From positions 64,001 to 128,000 of the forward strand of contig CAWCFT010000004.1 of assembly GCA_963794945.1 (NCBI GenBank): a stretch of 64,000 nt of DNA, in the 5' to 3' direction. The notes under the pieces are model-generated. The model was not told the DNA's origin. It saw only the letters and a program-made list of their open reading frames with translations, and did not search any database. Each line of letters opens with the position of its first letter. Position 1 is the stretch's first letter. The translations under genes and the position numbers were made by a program. Source of the stretch: Endomicrobiales bacterium. GTDB lineage: Bacteria > Elusimicrobiota > Endomicrobiia > Endomicrobiales > CAWCFT01. Below are positions 61,453-64,000 of this stretch, piece by piece.

Positions 61453-62616
61453 TCATTTAAATTGAGATGGCTTCGTGGTTCTTAATCCAAAATGGAAGCG
61501 CGTAGCTTCCACTATACGCTCACACGCCTTGCCATCCCCGTAGGGGTTCACGGAGTGCGCCATGCGGCTGTAAGATTTTTTGTTTTCAAATAATTGCACA
61601 ATGTTCGAGAACACATCTTTCTCGTCCGTGCCAACGATTTTTACCGTACCGGCCGTAACAGCCTCCGGGCGTTCGGTAACGTCTCGCAGTACAAGCACGG
61701 GTTTGCCCAGCGACGGCGCCTCTTCCTGAATACCGCCCGAATCGGTTATCACAAAATATGAAAGTTTTATGAGGTTCGCGAGGTCGGGATAATTTAGCGG
61801 CGGAAGAAGCAATATATTAGGAACTCCTCCCAGTATCCGTTTCGCTGGTTCCTGAACATTCGGGTTAAGATGCACCGGGTAAACGAATTGTGCTTTCGGA
61901 TATTTTTCTGCCGCTCGCCTTATGGCGGTGAATGCGTTATTGAACGGCTTGCCGAAGTTCTCCCTGCGGTGGGCCGTTATAAGAACAAGCGGATAAGAAA
62001 GCTTTTCGGATGCTTTGGGAAAATGCTTTTTTAGAATGGGATTAAAGAACCCGCACTTTTTTTCAAGTATCATGTGCAGGGCATCAATGACAGTGTTGCC
62101 TGTAACAAATATTCCTTTCGGGTCTATATTTTCTTTTAAAAGCGCCTTCTCAGAAGTCTTTGTGGGCGCGAAATGGAGCGAGCAAAGGTCATCCGCGAGA
62201 AGCCTGTTGGCCTCTTCCGGGAAAGGGCGGTATTTGTCGTACGAGCGCAGGCCGGCTTCCACGTGGCCGACTGCTATCTGCTGGTAGAATGCCGAAAGCG
62301 CCGTCGCAAAGGCTGTCGTGGTATCGCCGTGAATGAGCACAAGGTCCGGTTTCTCTTTTTCAAGCACGCCTTTCATTCTCAGGAGCGCTTCGCTTGTAAC
62401 ATGGTAAAGCGTCTGCCCGTCCTGCATTATGTTGAGGTCGTAATCAGGCTTAATAGCGAAAGTTTTGAGCACATCATCCAGCATCTGCCTGTGCTGAGCT
62501 GTTACACAAACCAACGTTTTAAAATCCCTGCCGTACTCTTTGAACTTTTTGACAAGCGGCGCCATCTTAATGGCCTCCGGCCTTGTCCCGAATACTATCA
62601 TAATCTTCTTCTTCAC
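61453..62616 (-). CDS. wecB: UDP-N-acetylglucosamine 2-epimerase (non-hydrolysing)
   Basis: GTRPEAIKMAP, HGDTTT, HVEAGLR, DSGGIQEEAP, NPYGDG. Confidence 0.96.
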   Translation of the reverse strand: MKKKIMIVFGTRPEAIKMAPLVKKFKEYGRDFKTLVCVTAQHRQMLDDVLKTFAIKPDYDLNIMQDGQTLYHVTSEALLRMKGVLEKEKPDLVLIHGDTTTAFATALSAFYQQIAVGHVEAGLRSYDKYRPFPEEANRLLADDLCSLHFAPTKTSEKALLKENIDPKGIFVTGNTVIDALHMILEKKCGFFNPILKKHFPKASEKLSYPLVLITAHRRENFGKPFNNAFTAIRRAAEKYPKAQFVYPVHLNPNVQEPAKRILGGVPNILLLPPLNYPDLANLIKLSYFVITDSGGIQEEAPSLGKPVLVLRDVTERPEAVTAGTVKIVGTDEKDVFSNIVQLFENKKSYSRMAHSVNPYGDGKACERIVEATRFHFGLRTTKPSQFK

Positions 62617-62665
62617 TTGTATATTCTCCTATGCCGATATGTAATTTCTTGTAACCGATGAAATA

Positions 62666-63511
62666 TTACTCTGCTTCAATTTCCTTTAATGATTTACCAT
62701 CTTTATTTTTCCAAGCAGTTAACCCGTTTGCTGATCCTCCATGTACAACTGCTGCAGCAGCACTCGGACTAGAAAATTCCTCATCTCGAGTGAATTCTAA
62801 ATATTCTGATTTAGTAGCTAGAACACCTTCATCTTTAAGTCTGTGTCTCATATTAGTCGACCACGGCCATTTCACTGAAGATGCTCGTTCGTTTAATACG
62901 GCTTGAGAACCATTCAAGACAACAAACCCATTTGGTGTAAGGAATCCTCTCGCCCTTAAACCTTTAATATCACAATATAATATTCCTTTCTCTACATCTG
63001 CTTTATTTTTACCAATAGGAATGACCAACAATTCTACTCCCAGAACAGGTAATAACTGATTTACTTTTCCCAGGAATACTTCCATATCTTCTCGATCCGA
63101 TTCTGGTAGTTTTGCGCCACTTTTTTGTCCGTTAATTACAAGTGCACGACCTGCCAAACTAGCTTGTTCGATGAGCTTCCCTTCCAAATAACGAATGTGT
63201 GCCTTTGTTAGATTTTCGTCTTTGCTAGTGAAGTATATAATCTGATTCCAAAAATCTCTTTCTAAATGTGCCTTAACTCGATCTCTTATATTTTCTGCTT
63301 CGCCAATGTATATAGCAGGTTTACCGGATTCTGGGTCATTCCCCGTTAGAAAGTATACACCTGAATTATCAGCTTCATTGCGACCAATAACACCATCAAA
63401 TTCACTACGTGGCCCCGCAACAGCTTTCCCTGTCCAATTTGATAGTTCTGCGGTTCTTAGTCGTTTAGGATCTCCTTCTGCAAGAAAAATTTTGATTGTT
63501 GCGCTAGACAT
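62666..63511 (-). CDS. GIY-YIG nuclease family protein with DUF4357-like C-terminus
   Basis: GVYFL...IYIGEAE..R...H; FSSPSAAAAVV.G.SANG...WK; visibly AT-richer than its flanks. Confidence 0.85.
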   Translation of the reverse strand: MSSATIKIFLAEGDPKRLRTAELSNWTGKAVAGPRSEFDGVIGRNEADNSGVYFLTGNDPESGKPAIYIGEAENIRDRVKAHLERDFWNQIIYFTSKDENLTKAHIRYLEGKLIEQASLAGRALVINGQKSGAKLPESDREDMEVFLGKVNQLLPVLGVELLVIPIGKNKADVEKGILYCDIKGLRARGFLTPNGFVVLNGSQAVLNERASSVKWPWSTNMRHRLKDEGVLATKSEYLEFTRDEEFSSPSAAAAVVHGGSANGLTAWKNKDGKSLKEIEAE

Positions 63512-63671
63512 ATCATTTCTCCCTGTAAAATCTACTTCGATTTCGGAGGCAAATAATTTTCGCAATTAACCATTCCAGATTTTATCCGGTTACATTTTGT
63601 AACCTGTTCATTACTGCAGCCAATGCCTCTAATTTCAGTTGGTGACAATTTGTCACTGGCTAACTCCCTGA

Positions 63672-64000
63672 TTATTCATCCGCGAAGCTCACGCCCCTAA
63701 GCAGGGTCTTGCGCACGGGGCAGGCTCGTATGGCTGACATTACAGCTTGCTTCTGTTCAGTGGTCAGGTCGCCTTTCAACTCAACCTCATGGTTAAAAAC
63801 AACCTTTTCAGAGCCTGACCTGTCCAGTGTAACCTTGACAACAGCCTGAACCAGCGGAATAGCATGGTTCTTCGCGTACATCATTGCTATAATATTAGCG
63901 CAAGTTGCTAAAGCGGCCTCAAGGAGTTCGTGAGGCCTGAATCCATCACCTCTTCCACCATCATCCCGTGTAGTATCAGCCTGTGCCGAAAGCTGCCCGT
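63672..64000 (-). CDS. OsmC-family protein (5' end outside the window)
   Basis: GF.PHELLEAALATC upstream of MMYA; CPVRKTL; a possible indel near 63890. Confidence 0.8.
   Translation of the reverse strand, partial: GQLSAQADTTRDDGGRGDGFRPHELLEAALATCANIIAMMYAKNHAIPLVQAVVKVTLDRSGSEKVVFNHEVELKGDLTTEQKQAVMSAIRACPVRKTLLRGVSFADE

Noticed and set aside
63341..63352. Exact match to the TIR (CCCCGTTAGAAA) inside the GIY-YIG gene
   Set aside because: Single end with no partner; it encodes part of the conserved VYFLTG motif, so probably coincidental

Overview
Chromosomal window from a diderm bacterium (TonB system, outer-membrane barrels; gene content suggests an Elusimicrobiota-like lineage, which I cannot verify). 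Left to right: (1) a metal-uptake locus (OM receptor, tonB-exbD-exbB, TonB-dependent receptor) in which each receptor is preceded by a paralogous 92-aa HxH/CxxC leader ORF ending in an R[SG]PP arrest-type motif; (2) rlmD, a degenerate REC-GAF-kinase, a PAS/HD-GYP protein and tRNA-Leu(CAA); (3) deacetylase, ABC exporter, lipid kinase, cyclophilin; (4) a 9.5-kb two-component signalling island with an orphan PilB/GspE ATPase; (5) a DNA-repair block (ogg, ybaB, lexA-small gene-dinB with a perfect palindrome in the lexA promoter spacer, DUF72); (6) DEAD-box helicase and a LolCDE/LolA-like exporter; (7) a long housekeeping run rpsA-ispH-plsC-cmk-aroA-tyrA-aroF-hisC-pheA-pgeF-pilT-ftsZAQ-ddl-murBC-queF-marC-rlmI-wecB; (8) an AT-rich GIY-YIG gene and a partial OsmC gene. 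Several palindromic repeat classes are present: an ~87-bp TIR element inside two coding genes, about ten 7/8-mer-periodic intergenic hairpins, and a ~500-bp inverted-repeat element. About 20 single-base frameshifts, some in ftsZ/ftsA/ftsQ, point to sequencing/assembly indel errors, so split genes are reported as single CDSs. No CRISPR array, rRNA, integrase or transposase was seen.
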